Notes: generated by a model from the sequence alone, not told the origin. 64,000 bases of DNA from Candidatus Bipolaricaulota bacterium (GCA_021735245.1 JAIPHJ010000003.1:15717-79716), one strand, 5' to 3'. Positions 10,297 to 20,941 are shown, counted from the first letter of the stretch. Translations and numbers: made by a program.

Positions 10297-12870
10297 ATGA
10301 AAGAAGTGTCCGAAGACTATAACTTCGAGGAAATCGAAGACAGGTGGAGAGACTACTGGGAAGAGGAAGGTACTTTCAAGACGGACCTGGAAGAGACTGA
10401 GAACAACTTCTATTACCTTAACATGTTTCCCTATCCTTCCGGGACGATGCACGTTGGCCACGGAAGGAATTACATAATAGGGGATACCTTGGCCCGTTTT
10501 ATGCAGATGAAAGGGCTAAACGTTCTGAACCCCATGGGGTTCGACGCTTTCGGTCTTCCCGCGGAGAACGCCGCTATAGAGAGGGGAATTCAGCCCGGGG
10601 AATGGACTCAGGAAAACATTGCGGACTTTAAGAAACAGTTCCGTCAGTGGGGAATTGAGTACGACTGGGACAAGGAAGTACAGACTCACGATCCGGGTTA
10701 CTACAGGTGGACGCAGTGGTTGTTCCTCAAGCTTTTCGAGGAGGACCTGGCCTACAGGGACGAGAGCCCGGTAAATTTCTGCCCCCACTGCGATACGGTT
10801 CTGGCCAACGAACAGGTCATAAATGGTAGGTGCGAACGGTGTGACACGGAAGTTGAGGAAAAACAATTAGAGCAGTGGTTCTTCAGTATTACGGATTACG
10901 CTCAAGAGTTGCTGGATGATCTGGATGATCTGGACGGGTGGCCCGATCACGTGAAGAAGATGCAGCGGGACTGGATTGGCAGAAGCGAAGGCGTGGAGAT
11001 AAAATTCAATCTCGCCGATCGTCAGGGAGAGCTGGACGTCTTTACCACGCGGCCGGACACTATTTATGGCGCGACTTACATGGCTCTCGCCCCCGAACAT
11101 CCGCTCGTAGAAGACATAATCGATGACGTAGAAGACGAAGACCAGAGAGGAAAGTTAAGGTCGTTCGTGAAAGAGACGAAGCGGATCGACCAGACCAGGA
11201 GAGCGGGAGGAGACCTGGACAAGGAAGGAGTTTTTACCGGCGAATACGCTGTCAACCCGGCAACCGGGGAAGAAATCCCGATATGGATAGCGAATTTCGT
11301 TCTTACCGAGTACGGTTCCGGTGCGATAATGTCGGTCCCCGCTCACGATCAGAGGGACTTCGACTTTGCCAGGAAGTACGACATTCCGATAATGGAGGTC
11401 GTAGCCCCCGAAAAAGGAAATCCCACAGGAGAGCTGGAAGAAGCTTACGAAGAACCTGGGTACATGGTCAATTCGGGCGATTTCGACGATCTGGATTCGG
11501 ATACGGCTTACGAAGAAATCGGAGAATGGTTGAAGGAAAAAGGAAAAGGTGAATTTACGGTAAACTTCAAGCTTCAGGACTGGCTGATAAGCAGGCAGCG
11601 TTACTGGGGTGCCCCGATACCGATGATCCATTGCCCGGACTGTGGGGTTGTCCCCGTGCCCGAGGAAGATTTACCCGTGAAGCTTCCCGAAGTAGACTTC
11701 ATTGGCAATAAAGGCCTATCGGCGATTGACGAGTTCGTCGAGACTACCTGTCCCGATTGCGGGGGCAGAGCAAGGCGGGAAACAGATACCATGGATACTT
11801 TTGTCGACTCCAGCTGGTACTACCTGAGGTACATTTCGGCCGGAGACGAGGAGCGAATATTCGATCCCGAGAAGGTAAACGACTGGCTCCCGGTCGATCA
11901 GTATGTCGGTGGCGTCGAACACGCGATCCTTCACCTGCTCTATTCCAGGTTCATCACCAAGTTCCTCGAGGATATCGACCTGGTCGACTTCGAGGAACCG
12001 TTCGAGAAGCTCTTTACCCAGGGCATGATATCCCATCGAGCTTACCGCTGTCCCGACCACGGCTGGGTGCGACCCGAGAACGTGGAAGAGGGAGATCGGT
12101 GCCCGGAGTGCGGGGAAGCCCTGAAGGTCACTATGGAGTCGATGTCCAAGTCGAAGAAAAACGTCGTGTCGCCAAAGGAACTTATAGACGAATACGGCGC
12201 CGATACTGAGAGGATCTATACGCTATTTATCGGTCCGCCGGAGAAGGACGTCGAATGGAGCGACAGGGACGTAAAGGGAAGTCACCGATTCCTGACCAGA
12301 GTCTGGCGACTGGTTGTTCAGTACCTCGACCTGTTCGAGGAAGAACACGAACTGGACGTCGAGGACCTTGACGACTCTGAGACCGAACTCTGGCGGGTGG
12401 TAAACCAGACAGTGAAAGATGTAACGGAAGATCTGGAAAACTTCAGCTTCAATACCGCCGTTTCTTCGATTATGGAACTGACAAACGAGTTCTATCGAGT
12501 GATATCCGAAGGAGGTACCGACAAAGGCCTGCTGAAGGAAAGCATAAGGAGACTGGTCCTGATCACGTCACCGTTTACACCCTTCATCGCTGAGGAACTA
12601 TGGCACAGGATGGGAAACGACTATCCAGTTGCCGAGGCAGATTGGCCCGGCTGGGACGAAGAGGCCCTGCAGAAGGATCGAACTGAGCTGGCAGTCCAGA
12701 TAAACGGCAAAGTTAGGGCTCACCTGGAAGTCCCGGCAAATATAGCGGATGACGAGGAAAAACTTCGCAAAAGGGCCCTCAAGCTGGACAGGATAAGTGA
12801 GCGAGTCGACGGCAAGGAGATAAAGAAATTCATTGTCGTCCCCGGCAATCTTGTAAACATAGTAATTTAA
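10297..12870 (+). CDS. leuS: leucine--tRNA ligase
   Basis: 857 aa. FPYPSGTMHVGH (HIGH), SMSKSKKN (KMSKS), LeuRS-type Zn/CP1 segments, typical YLNMFPYPSG start. Confidence 0.95.
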   Translation: MKEVSEDYNFEEIEDRWRDYWEEEGTFKTDLEETENNFYYLNMFPYPSGTMHVGHGRNYIIGDTLARFMQMKGLNVLNPMGFDAFGLPAENAAIERGIQPGEWTQENIADFKKQFRQWGIEYDWDKEVQTHDPGYYRWTQWLFLKLFEEDLAYRDESPVNFCPHCDTVLANEQVINGRCERCDTEVEEKQLEQWFFSITDYAQELLDDLDDLDGWPDHVKKMQRDWIGRSEGVEIKFNLADRQGELDVFTTRPDTIYGATYMALAPEHPLVEDIIDDVEDEDQRGKLRSFVKETKRIDQTRRAGGDLDKEGVFTGEYAVNPATGEEIPIWIANFVLTEYGSGAIMSVPAHDQRDFDFARKYDIPIMEVVAPEKGNPTGELEEAYEEPGYMVNSGDFDDLDSDTAYEEIGEWLKEKGKGEFTVNFKLQDWLISRQRYWGAPIPMIHCPDCGVVPVPEEDLPVKLPEVDFIGNKGLSAIDEFVETTCPDCGGRARRETDTMDTFVDSSWYYLRYISAGDEERIFDPEKVNDWLPVDQYVGGVEHAILHLLYSRFITKFLEDIDLVDFEEPFEKLFTQGMISHRAYRCPDHGWVRPENVEEGDRCPECGEALKVTMESMSKSKKNVVSPKELIDEYGADTERIYTLFIGPPEKDVEWSDRDVKGSHRFLTRVWRLVVQYLDLFEEEHELDVEDLDDSETELWRVVNQTVKDVTEDLENFSFNTAVSSIMELTNEFYRVISEGGTDKGLLKESIRRLVLITSPFTPFIAEELWHRMGNDYPVAEADWPGWDEEALQKDRTELAVQINGKVRAHLEVPANIADDEEKLRKRALKLDRISERVDGKEIKKFIVVPGNLVNIVI

Positions 12871-12949
12871 CCTTATATCTAACAGCTGAGATTACCGAAA
12901 GGATTAACGATCCGGTCAGTAAGGGAGTCCTGGTTTTTCGGTAGCGATC

Positions 12950-12978
12950 TTGAATAGCTGGTGCGGTGTAGTTATAAT
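12950..12978 (+). promoter_or_regulatory. sigma70-type promoter for the tRNA-Cys / tRNA-Val locus
   Basis: TTGAAT (12950-12955), 17-nt spacer, TATAAT (12973-12978). The tRNA starts 11 nt downstream. Confidence 0.55.
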
Positions 12979-12988
12979 ATTTTTACCT

Positions 12989-13061
12989 GGCGACGTAGCC
13001 AAGGGGCCTAAGGCAGGGGATTGCAAATCCCCCATCCCCGGTTCAAATCCGGGCGTCGCCT
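12989..13061 (+). tRNA. tRNA-Cys (GCA)
   Basis: Hand-folded cloverleaf: acceptor ggcgacg/cgtcgcc, anticodon stem gggga/tcccc with loop ttGCAaa, T-arm cccgg-ttcaaat-ccggg. CCA not encoded. Confidence 0.9.
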
Positions 13062-13117
13062 CACTGATTTTCCCGCGAATTGTGGGTCCTTAGATCCCTG
13101 GCTTAAAAGGAAACAAA

Positions 13118-13158
13118 ATGGGTGGTTAGCTCAGCTCGGGAGAGCGCTTGCTTGACGT
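13118..13158 (+). repeat. left copy of 41-nt direct repeat = first 39 nt of tRNA-Val plus 2 upstream nt (att-like; truncated tRNA-Val)
   Basis: atgggtggttagctcagctcgggagagcgcttgcttgacgt is identical to 34530-34570. Identity ends at the 3' edge of the anticodon loop; no T-arm follows here. Confidence 0.85.
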
Positions 13159-13264
13159 ATATGAGAATCAACTGAGCTGGTCGGTTTTTAGTCAACTTAC
13201 CCACCCTTTCTTCCTATAATAGGGTCTTTTCAATCTATTCCTATCTTTAGCCTGCTTCCCAAAT

Positions 13265-14266
13265 ATGGCCTCGAAAAATTACAGGCAAACGAATGATTAC
13301 TTTCCTGATAATGAACCACAAAAACACAGTAAAACTCCTGAAGGTAGAGAAAAAACACAGCCTGCCATGGAACTAACTGATGCCATAGATGAATTTATGC
13401 TTATGGCAAAAGTGGATGGACGGGCTGAGAGTACAATTAATCTTTACGAATATGTTTTCGACCGATTCACTAAGGAGATAGGCAAGGAGACCTCAATTGG
13501 TAACATCACTACTAAGGATGGGAGAAAGTTCTTAGCTGGTCTTATGGATGAGGATTTGAAGAACACTACGGTCTCAATCTATCATAGGGTTCTAAATGCT
13601 TTCTTTAACTGGCTTTGTGAGGAATCCTTTATCGAAACAAGTCCATTCAGCAGAATAGATGAACCAAAGACCCCAGATAAGTTTCCGAGGTTTCTTGATG
13701 AGGAAGAGGTAGAAGCACTTCTGCAGGCTGAAAGGGACCGTGATGGTACTTGGGCAGGATATAGGAATTATGTAATGCTATTAGTATTTCTCGATACGGG
13801 GATAAGGCTCAGCGAGTTTATAAACGCTAAGATAGAAGATTTGGATATTGAAAACCGCTCCTTGAAGGTACATGGCAAAGGGTCAAAAGATCGAAACGTA
13901 TTCTTTGGAAGAAAGACAGCAAAAGGGTTAATACGCTGGCTACGGATCAGGGATAATGTGGAGAAAGTATGGGCAGATACAATCTTCATTTCACAGAATG
14001 GAGATAAACTCAAGGATAGGAATGTACAGAGACTGATTACCCGTATCCAAAAGCGTGCTGGACTGGAAGACAAGAAGGTATCGCCTCACTGTTTACGCAG
14101 AACTTCGGCGACGCTTGCTGTAAAAAATGGTCTGGATGCTTTTTCCCTTAAGAGGCAGTTTGGCTGGAGTAAAATAGAAACAGCAATGCGTTATGTACAT
14201 ATGACCGATAGTGAAATAAAAGAGACTTATCGGGATTCGTCTCCTTTAAGTGATATCAAAGAGTAG
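13265..14266 (+). CDS. tyrosine integrase (int1), XerC/D-like phage integrase family
   Basis: N-terminal SAM-like core-binding domain and catalytic region with R (DTGIRLSE), HCLRRT, RYVH (His-x-x-Arg and Tyr). Paralog of the 33411 and 34681 genes. Confidence 0.9.
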   Translation: MASKNYRQTNDYFPDNEPQKHSKTPEGREKTQPAMELTDAIDEFMLMAKVDGRAESTINLYEYVFDRFTKEIGKETSIGNITTKDGRKFLAGLMDEDLKNTTVSIYHRVLNAFFNWLCEESFIETSPFSRIDEPKTPDKFPRFLDEEEVEALLQAERDRDGTWAGYRNYVMLLVFLDTGIRLSEFINAKIEDLDIENRSLKVHGKGSKDRNVFFGRKTAKGLIRWLRIRDNVEKVWADTIFISQNGDKLKDRNVQRLITRIQKRAGLEDKKVSPHCLRRTSATLAVKNGLDAFSLKRQFGWSKIETAMRYVHMTDSEIKETYRDSSPLSDIKE

Positions 14267-14309
14267 AATAGTCTGAAATTAATCCCAGGAAGTATAGAGG
14301 TGGTAACCA

Positions 14310-14441
14310 ATGCCTGACGACTTTTTACTACTCGAATTACTGGATGAGTGGAAAGAAGACGAAGACCCTCTACCACAAGAGGAATTAACCGAATATGAGG
14401 ATTCAGATACAGAAGATGCTGGCGAGGATCAGGAAGAGTAA
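14310..14441 (+). CDS. possible very acidic 43-aa peptide
   Basis: ATG preceded by AGAGGTGG; MPDDFLLLELLDEWKEDEDPLPQEELTEYEDSDTEDAGEDQEE. Below the ORF-track length cutoff; weak support. Confidence 0.25.
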   Translation: MPDDFLLLELLDEWKEDEDPLPQEELTEYEDSDTEDAGEDQEE

Positions 14442-15066
14442 ATATCAATTACGAGTTAGAATTCCAGAAGTTCTTATACAAATTTTCAATTTGGGTTTAG
14501 GTAAACTGGTATGTAGCTAATATTTAATAAAACTCGTAGAACTCAGTGAGAGACTGACTTTTAAGGTATAAAACGTCATATATATTGTGGTCTGATGGTA
14601 AAGGTTGCAAACTAAAATTGCTCACTGTATAAAATTTTGCTTATTCATACATTAAAGACCAATTAAGATGGCGAAATAACCCTTAAAGTTGCCAATAAAT
14701 GCGATTTCTTATCTATATATAGGATTTGATGTAATTCACGTCGACGTTATTATGGTAGCCTTAAGTGAAACCCGTTGGTACCAAATGATTGCCTTAAAGT
14801 TGCTATAAATCGCTCTCAGCTAAAATGTGTGGCCATAGATGGCTCCAGGATTTCTTCTAGGATGCAGAAAGGAATAGAGGAAAACAGAGAGTAGCTTCCC
14901 AGCTTATTCTTACCAACAGTCGACCTGTCTTTATAATAACGTGCAAGTTATCTTCGGTTATATCTAGTGATGGCCGTGGAAAGTTCTATTATTATTGCTC
15001 TTATTAACACCTGAAATGAGGTTAAGTGAGCTAGAAAGCTCCAATTTTTCTTCTTCGGTAGGTCCC

Positions 15067-16221
15067 TCACAGAATCCACTTATAATATTCTTTCACTTTA
15101 TCGGCAGCAGGTTTCTTGGAGTAATCATCCCTAAAAACACCCATATCGTCTACGTAATCATTCTCGGGGTTATAGGGATTATCCCTGAAAGCTTCTTCAG
15201 GGTGGTCATTTAATTCCCAGAACATGAGACCCGAGAGGTCCTCCTCCATAGACCATTTCAAAATTTTCTTGTAGTACCACTCCTGGTCATCTTCTCCCCT
15301 CCATTTGCTCCCCGTTGTTGGCAGGCCAAATTCCTGGAGGACTATTGGTTTATTGGTCTGTTCTTTTATTTTATCAACAGTCATTTTAAACCATTCAAGA
15401 TACGTATAATAATGAAAGCAATAAAAATCCTCGTGTTCGATATATTTGGGTAATGCTTGGATTACTTTTTCTTTGGCCTCATTTTCTGGTGTATTCTTAG
15501 GTATCTCCTCGGCGGGATGGGTATCACTTAATCCAATCGTAACAGGATGGTTTGGGTCAAGGTTTTTCAAGGTGTCGGCAATTCTCCTTGTCCATACAGG
15601 ATAGCTATAGTTAGAAGGAAGGTCCCACTTTGAAAAGTTCTCCTTAGCTATTTCTGATTCATTAAAAGCATCCCAAGCAAGAATCCGCTCGTCATCTTTA
15701 AAGTCAGGCACCCATCCTTCTAGATATTCCTTAGTTATGTGGAAGTTACCTTCTTTCTTTAGCTCGGCATTCCAAGGATGAATAATGACTGTGGGCATTA
15801 CCTTGATTCCCTTACTGTCGGCAATCCCCAAGAAGTCTTCGAAATTATCGAAGTTCTGTAGAGATATTTCTGAAAGAGGTTCGGCATCTGGCCCTAATCC
15901 CGTAGCCTCGCAGAAATTTATACCTACTCGTACGGCATTTATCCCTAGACCACTTGCCATTTCTAGTTCCTTGTCGATCTGTTCTGGGTCGTACTCGTCA
16001 AACATCCGCCATGGGTGGTCCCGTGTGAGGTAATTAGCCCCTTTAATCGTATATTCCTCTCCACCCATATAGAAGCTACCGTCCCTGATTTCCAAGAACT
16101 CTTTGTCGGAAGATGGAGACGATTTACCCAAGTAATTGATGATTGTGGGTGCAACTAGAGCTGAAGAACCAGCTAAAGTCGCTTTGAGAAAGTCTCGTCG
16201 GGTGAATTTATGGTCTGACAT
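15067..16221 (-). CDS. secreted glycoside hydrolase family 5-like (cellulase/mannanase fold), Tat signal
   Basis: Twin-arginine leader TRRDFLKATLAGSSALVA. Acid/base region AWDAFNESE and nucleophile region VLQEFGLP are typical of the GH5 (beta/alpha)8 fold. Confidence 0.8.
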   Translation of the reverse strand: MSDHKFTRRDFLKATLAGSSALVAPTIINYLGKSSPSSDKEFLEIRDGSFYMGGEEYTIKGANYLTRDHPWRMFDEYDPEQIDKELEMASGLGINAVRVGINFCEATGLGPDAEPLSEISLQNFDNFEDFLGIADSKGIKVMPTVIIHPWNAELKKEGNFHITKEYLEGWVPDFKDDERILAWDAFNESEIAKENFSKWDLPSNYSYPVWTRRIADTLKNLDPNHPVTIGLSDTHPAEEIPKNTPENEAKEKVIQALPKYIEHEDFYCFHYYTYLEWFKMTVDKIKEQTNKPIVLQEFGLPTTGSKWRGEDDQEWYYKKILKWSMEEDLSGLMFWELNDHPEEAFRDNPYNPENDYVDDMGVFRDDYSKKPAADKVKEYYKWIL

Positions 16222-16230
16222 ATTGCCCCC

Positions 16231-18324
16231 TTATTTTGAAAGCTCGACCGTGTAAGTCTGCCAGCCCTCCTCGAAATCTATGTGATCCACTAGTTCACCG
16301 TTCAGGTATACATCGGCTTCGATATCACCACTGATTGGTATGGCGTTCATCTTCAAGTAACGTAAATCCTCAAATTTAGGAATATATATTGACGATTTTT
16401 TATTCTTTCCACTGCCGAATCTCCCTTTTTCTGCAGGTATAGACCACCCTCTCCCCATATGCTCTAATGCTTGATCAGTATCAAGGTCAAGTGTAAATTC
16501 AGGATCAGAAATACTATTCGAACTGTAGAACTTAAACCAGGCAGGTCTCATAGTTAATTTTCTGTTATCCGAGCTCTCAGGTACTTGGTATTTATTAAAT
16601 CTAAATTCTAGGTGGTCTAACCTGTCCTTTAGTGTTTTCTTGGGTGTATAACCAGCTAATTCTTCCTTTACGATTTCTAGATATGTGTTACCCCAACTTT
16701 TACTGGGTTCTATCTCGTGATCCTCCAGCCAGCCGTTAAATGAGGTTATTAGAACTGCTTTCAGCTTTTGATCTAAAAGTTCCTTCGCTTTTTCTATTTC
16801 ATACCTAAAACCCTCTTCGTTTCTCTTAACAACTTGTAGGTCCGATGCTGGCTTGTTAAAGCCAGGTATTATAGTAGGTATGTAATCTTTATCCATCTCC
16901 TGGGCGTCAAAGTAATTCTCTCTTGTCTGAGGTACATATCTCTTTTTAATTTCCTCTTGAGTTAACTCCCAGTCTTTACCTGGAGACCAAACCCAGTCAA
17001 ACCAATGAATAAGAGGATTAAAGTCGGTAATTCCGTCCACAGCCTCTCTTTGCATTTTCTGAGAAGATGATAGGGAGTGACTGTTATCTCCGATCCAGAA
17101 AATGTCATCGGTAGCCTCCGCCATTTCCTCAGCTTTGTTAAAATAACTCTTAAAAGGCCCTGTAAAGTCATCTTCATCATATAAGTAGATTACGGGCTTA
17201 TTTTTAAGTTCGAAGTAGTTTTGATCATCGATGAGATGATCCGTTATGTACTCCATATCCTGCATGAACTTGTCGGTAACTTCTTCTTCCGAGAAGTCGA
17301 ATAAACCAGATTCGGTGCGGCTGACCTCACTGCTATGAACGTCCCATAGGATGAAGTAATCTATCTCATCGGAGAGAGGATTATCGAGATACTCCTGTAG
17401 CCTCTTCTTCATGTCTGAATTACCCCACCAGTTGATCATGAAGGCATCGATTCCGTGTCCCGTGGCCCAGTCTATATGTTTTGCTACCACTTCGTCATTC
17501 TTGGAGCTATATTCTCCTATTTTAGGCTGATGAACACTCCTATATCGGCCCTCCCAGTTTACTCCTGGAGAAGAGCCAGGGCTAGCGTACCAAATATTGT
17601 AAAGAGCAGCTATTTTTATCTCGTCGTCATCGGCTATATTCAGGAACTCCCTGGGGTAAACTTGGAACCTGACCAGCTCGGACCCTTCTTCTCTTTTGAA
17701 TTTTAATTGGCCTTCGTAGAGGTTACCTTCATTCAAGTTTTTCAGACGGTGAGAAAACTCTTCTTGGGCTCCACCTTCGGGGGAAAGCTGTTTTTCTCCG
17801 TTCAGCAATAATTTCACCTCATCTATCTTGTTATCTTGGTGGTTGATAGTGAAATTCACGGTGGAGTCCTGTAAGTTGCCTTGGTCGTAAGAAAACTCGA
17901 AGTAGAAGTCGGATATTTCTATCGCTTCGGTCTGGTCCAAAGTTATTTTGGGCTCCCTAGTGTAAGTACCATCTGGAACATTATCGGGTGCAGAATCTGG
18001 TTCTTCAGTAGCCTTCGGAGAGGACTCTTTCCCTGCATAACCCTCTTCTTCCAAATATTCTTCACTAACCCACGATACAGGTACGGTTACTTTCTGTTTT
18101 GTTAATTGCTTCGCAGATAGTTTATCCGTTTTTACCACTTGATCTATCGGCACGGTTATTTTCTTTTCATTAGCTAAGATCATTAGATCGGCAGGAGAGA
18201 TGAAAGTTAGAGTACAAACAATTAAAGTTATGACCAGTATAGTCGTAGCCTTTTTGCGAGTGGCGTTTTTAACTTGGGGTATTTTGACGTTACCTAGCCA
18301 CGTAAAAGTTTCTTCAACTTTCAT
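16231..18324 (-). CDS. membrane-anchored GH99-like/TIM-barrel glycoside-hydrolase-like protein, paralog A (697 aa)
   Basis: N-terminal TM anchor. Core YNIWYASPG...PKIGEYSSKNDEVVAKHIDWATGHGIDAFMINWWG resembles GH99-type enzymes (tentative). C-terminal ~40 aa nearly identical to the next gene. Confidence 0.6.
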   Translation of the reverse strand: MKVEETFTWLGNVKIPQVKNATRKKATTILVITLIVCTLTFISPADLMILANEKKITVPIDQVVKTDKLSAKQLTKQKVTVPVSWVSEEYLEEEGYAGKESSPKATEEPDSAPDNVPDGTYTREPKITLDQTEAIEISDFYFEFSYDQGNLQDSTVNFTINHQDNKIDEVKLLLNGEKQLSPEGGAQEEFSHRLKNLNEGNLYEGQLKFKREEGSELVRFQVYPREFLNIADDDEIKIAALYNIWYASPGSSPGVNWEGRYRSVHQPKIGEYSSKNDEVVAKHIDWATGHGIDAFMINWWGNSDMKKRLQEYLDNPLSDEIDYFILWDVHSSEVSRTESGLFDFSEEEVTDKFMQDMEYITDHLIDDQNYFELKNKPVIYLYDEDDFTGPFKSYFNKAEEMAEATDDIFWIGDNSHSLSSSQKMQREAVDGITDFNPLIHWFDWVWSPGKDWELTQEEIKKRYVPQTRENYFDAQEMDKDYIPTIIPGFNKPASDLQVVKRNEEGFRYEIEKAKELLDQKLKAVLITSFNGWLEDHEIEPSKSWGNTYLEIVKEELAGYTPKKTLKDRLDHLEFRFNKYQVPESSDNRKLTMRPAWFKFYSSNSISDPEFTLDLDTDQALEHMGRGWSIPAEKGRFGSGKNKKSSIYIPKFEDLRYLKMNAIPISGDIEADVYLNGELVDHIDFEEGWQTYTVELSK

Positions 18325-18352
18325 TCTTTCAACCCCCCTTTTCCCGTCTCAT

Positions 18353-20470
18353 TTATGACAGTTTTATTTCGTAGGTCTTCCAGCCTTCCTCGAAATCTAT
18401 ATGATCAACAAGCTCACCATTAAGGTATACATCGGCCTCGATATCGCCACTGATTGGTATAGCCTTTAACTCCATGTATGCTAAATCTTTCGAGGCAGGT
18501 ATATAAATTGAGGACACTCCCATGTCGCTGGCCCACCTCCAATTCTCCTCCTTGTTTCCCTCACGGGGATACCAACCTCTGCCGATGTGTCTTATGTCTT
18601 CTTCGGAGCCTATGTTTAAGACGAACTTAGGGTTCCAGAAATTAGGGGAATCGGAGAACTTTATCTTGGAGGTCCTTATTGTCATTTTTCTTGGATCGCC
18701 TCCTTCTGGGCTTACCGTCTTGTTGAAGTCGAACTTTATATGATTCAATTCGTCTCGGAGAACTTCCTTAGGCTTGTAACCCGCAAGTTCCTCTTTAATT
18801 ATCTCTAGATATTCAAATCCCCATTCTTTTGATGATTCCACTACTGTAGCTTCGATCCATTCGTTAAAGGAGTTAATAAAGATGGTCTTTAGGTCCTTAT
18901 CAATCATTTTCCTCGCCTCTCTAATTTCATACCTGAATCCTTCTTTGGTTCTTTCAATTACCTGCCAATCCGTGGATATCCTGTTGAAACCAGGAATAAT
19001 AGTAGGAATATAGTGTTTTCCCCTGTTCTTAGCGTCAAAGTAATTCTCGAATGGGAAGGAAAGATACATTTCCTCCAAGTTTTCTTTCGTGAGTATCCAG
19101 TCTTGATCCGCACCTTTAACCCACGGGGACCACTTAAAAATCGGGTTGAATTGGGTGATGGAATCTACAGCTTCTCTTTGCTTTTCCTGTGATGTAAAAG
19201 GTTCGGCGTTCTGACCAATCCAGAAGATGTCTTCAGGGGTTTCTACTAGCTCCTCAACCTCTTTTAAAGCCTCCACAAAAGGTCCTCTATAATCATGTTC
19301 AGCGTTGAGATATATTACGGGTTTACCTTTGAGTCTGAGATAGTTTTTGTCCCCGAAGAGGTTATCTGCTATATACTCCATATCGTTCATAAATTTTCCC
19401 CTTACTCTTTCCTCTGAAAAATAAAACAGGCCATCGGTGCCTCTAAGTTGAGCGGCGTTGCAATCCCAGAGTATGGAGTAATTTATCTCATCTGATAGTG
19501 GGTTTTCGAGGAAATTCTGTAGTCTTCCATTCATATCTTCGTTTCCCCACCAGCTGATCATGAAGGTGTCGATCCCATGACCCGTGGCCCAGTCGATGTG
19601 TTTTGCTATAACCTCATCGTTTCTGGAGCTATATTTCCCCAGTTTAGGTTCGTAGGCACTCCTGTAATTATCTTCCCAATGCACTCCTTGGAAGGTTCCA
19701 GGTTTGGAATACCAGATATAATAGGCTGCGGTTATATTTATCTCGTCATCGTCAGCAATGTTCAAAAATTCTCTGGGATAAATTTGGAACTTTATTGAGT
19801 CGGTTTTGTTTTCTCCTTTGATCTTTAAAGAACCTTCGTATAAATTCCCTTCTTCTAGGCCCTTTAGGTCATAAGAAAATTCTTCGGTAGCCTCATCATA
19901 GGCTCCATCTTCGGGAGTAAGCTGTTTTTCTCCGTTAAGTAATAAATTAACCTCTTCAATATTTCCGTTCTCGTTCTCTACCGTGAAGTTGACTGTCGAT
20001 TCCTTCAAATTCCCCTGATCGTAGTCGAACTCGAAGTTAAAGTCAGAGACAGTGATTGATTCGTTTTGCTCGCTGACAATCTTGGGGCTTTCGGTCAGGA
20101 CTCCATCTGGAATATTGTTGATATCTTCGCCAGGAGACTTTGTATCTGTAACTTCAGTTTGAGTTTTTTCTTGTGGAAAATGCTCCTCCAAATAATCTTC
20201 GCTGACCCAGGAACGGGGAACTGTTACCTCGGCTTTGGTTAGCTGTTCAGCAGATAATTTGTTAGTTTTGACCACTTGATTGATCGGTACTGTAACCTTT
20301 TCCTCGTCTGCGAAGGCGGGCAAATCTGCAAACAGGCAGGCAAAGATTGCAACTATAACTATGAAACCGACGAGTGTATTTCTGACCCACTTAAATAATT
20401 TGTTCCGACGGGAGAGATGATTCTTCAAGTATTTCACCCCTTCAGTTACGGGATAATGTGCTTCATTCAT
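18353..20470 (-). CDS. membrane-anchored GH99-like/TIM-barrel glycoside-hydrolase-like protein, paralog B (705 aa)
   Basis: Collinear with 16231-18324 along its whole length (e.g. KVTVPINQVVKTNKLSAEQLTK, HIDWATGHGIDTFMISWWG, AIPISGDIEADVYLNGELVDHIDFEEGW). Confidence 0.6.
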   Translation of the reverse strand: MNEAHYPVTEGVKYLKNHLSRRNKLFKWVRNTLVGFIVIVAIFACLFADLPAFADEEKVTVPINQVVKTNKLSAEQLTKAEVTVPRSWVSEDYLEEHFPQEKTQTEVTDTKSPGEDINNIPDGVLTESPKIVSEQNESITVSDFNFEFDYDQGNLKESTVNFTVENENGNIEEVNLLLNGEKQLTPEDGAYDEATEEFSYDLKGLEEGNLYEGSLKIKGENKTDSIKFQIYPREFLNIADDDEINITAAYYIWYSKPGTFQGVHWEDNYRSAYEPKLGKYSSRNDEVIAKHIDWATGHGIDTFMISWWGNEDMNGRLQNFLENPLSDEINYSILWDCNAAQLRGTDGLFYFSEERVRGKFMNDMEYIADNLFGDKNYLRLKGKPVIYLNAEHDYRGPFVEALKEVEELVETPEDIFWIGQNAEPFTSQEKQREAVDSITQFNPIFKWSPWVKGADQDWILTKENLEEMYLSFPFENYFDAKNRGKHYIPTIIPGFNRISTDWQVIERTKEGFRYEIREARKMIDKDLKTIFINSFNEWIEATVVESSKEWGFEYLEIIKEELAGYKPKEVLRDELNHIKFDFNKTVSPEGGDPRKMTIRTSKIKFSDSPNFWNPKFVLNIGSEEDIRHIGRGWYPREGNKEENWRWASDMGVSSIYIPASKDLAYMELKAIPISGDIEADVYLNGELVDHIDFEEGWKTYEIKLS

Positions 20471-20770
20471 AGTAAATCAACTTTGAGGGAAACATGCAAA
20501 CTTTCGGGGTGGATCGATGAGTAATGTGCTTGGCAGAAATGATCCTTCGTTGGAAGGAAGTTAGTTATGGATAATGTCTTCGTCGACGTGGGAAGAGCTT
20601 ATATTATCCTACCAACAATTGAGGGGTGAAAAGGGTTATCGTAGAAGGGGGAGCATAACTACCTCTTAGGATAGAATTTGACTAATACCCCCTCAAATCG
20701 TTATCACAGACTTGGTTTGCAAGAATCCTAGTTGCTTTGATATAATGCTGGGAAGGGGGGGTCAATAAGC

Positions 20771-20941
20771 ATGAAAGCAGTGATAGTACCTAGCTTAATA
20801 GTAGCGGTAATATCGGGGATTGTGAGTTCTTCTATTGCGGCCATTAAAAATAGAAATTGGTTCCTCTGGTTCTTTGCAGGTCTCCTTTTATCGGTCCTAG
20901 GTGTTATATGGATTGCATTGATGCCAAAATTGTCCTCCTAA
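20771..20941 (+). CDS. possible 56-aa two-TM membrane peptide
   Basis: MKAVIVPSLIVAVISGIVSSSIAAIKNRNWFLWFFAGLLLSVLGVIWIALMPKLSS. Resembles the N-terminal membrane part of the 21131-21754 protein; below the track cutoff. Confidence 0.35.
   Translation: MKAVIVPSLIVAVISGIVSSSIAAIKNRNWFLWFFAGLLLSVLGVIWIALMPKLSS

Noticed and set aside
14460-15066. Three loosely similar ~25-nt segments (around 14597, 14681 and 14793; e.g. ccttaaagttgccaataaatgcga vs ccttaaagttgctataaatcgct) in the 600-nt AT-rich gap after int1
   Set aside because: Similarity is weak, spacing is irregular and no associated gene is present. They could be decayed binding sites, but the evidence is too thin for a call.
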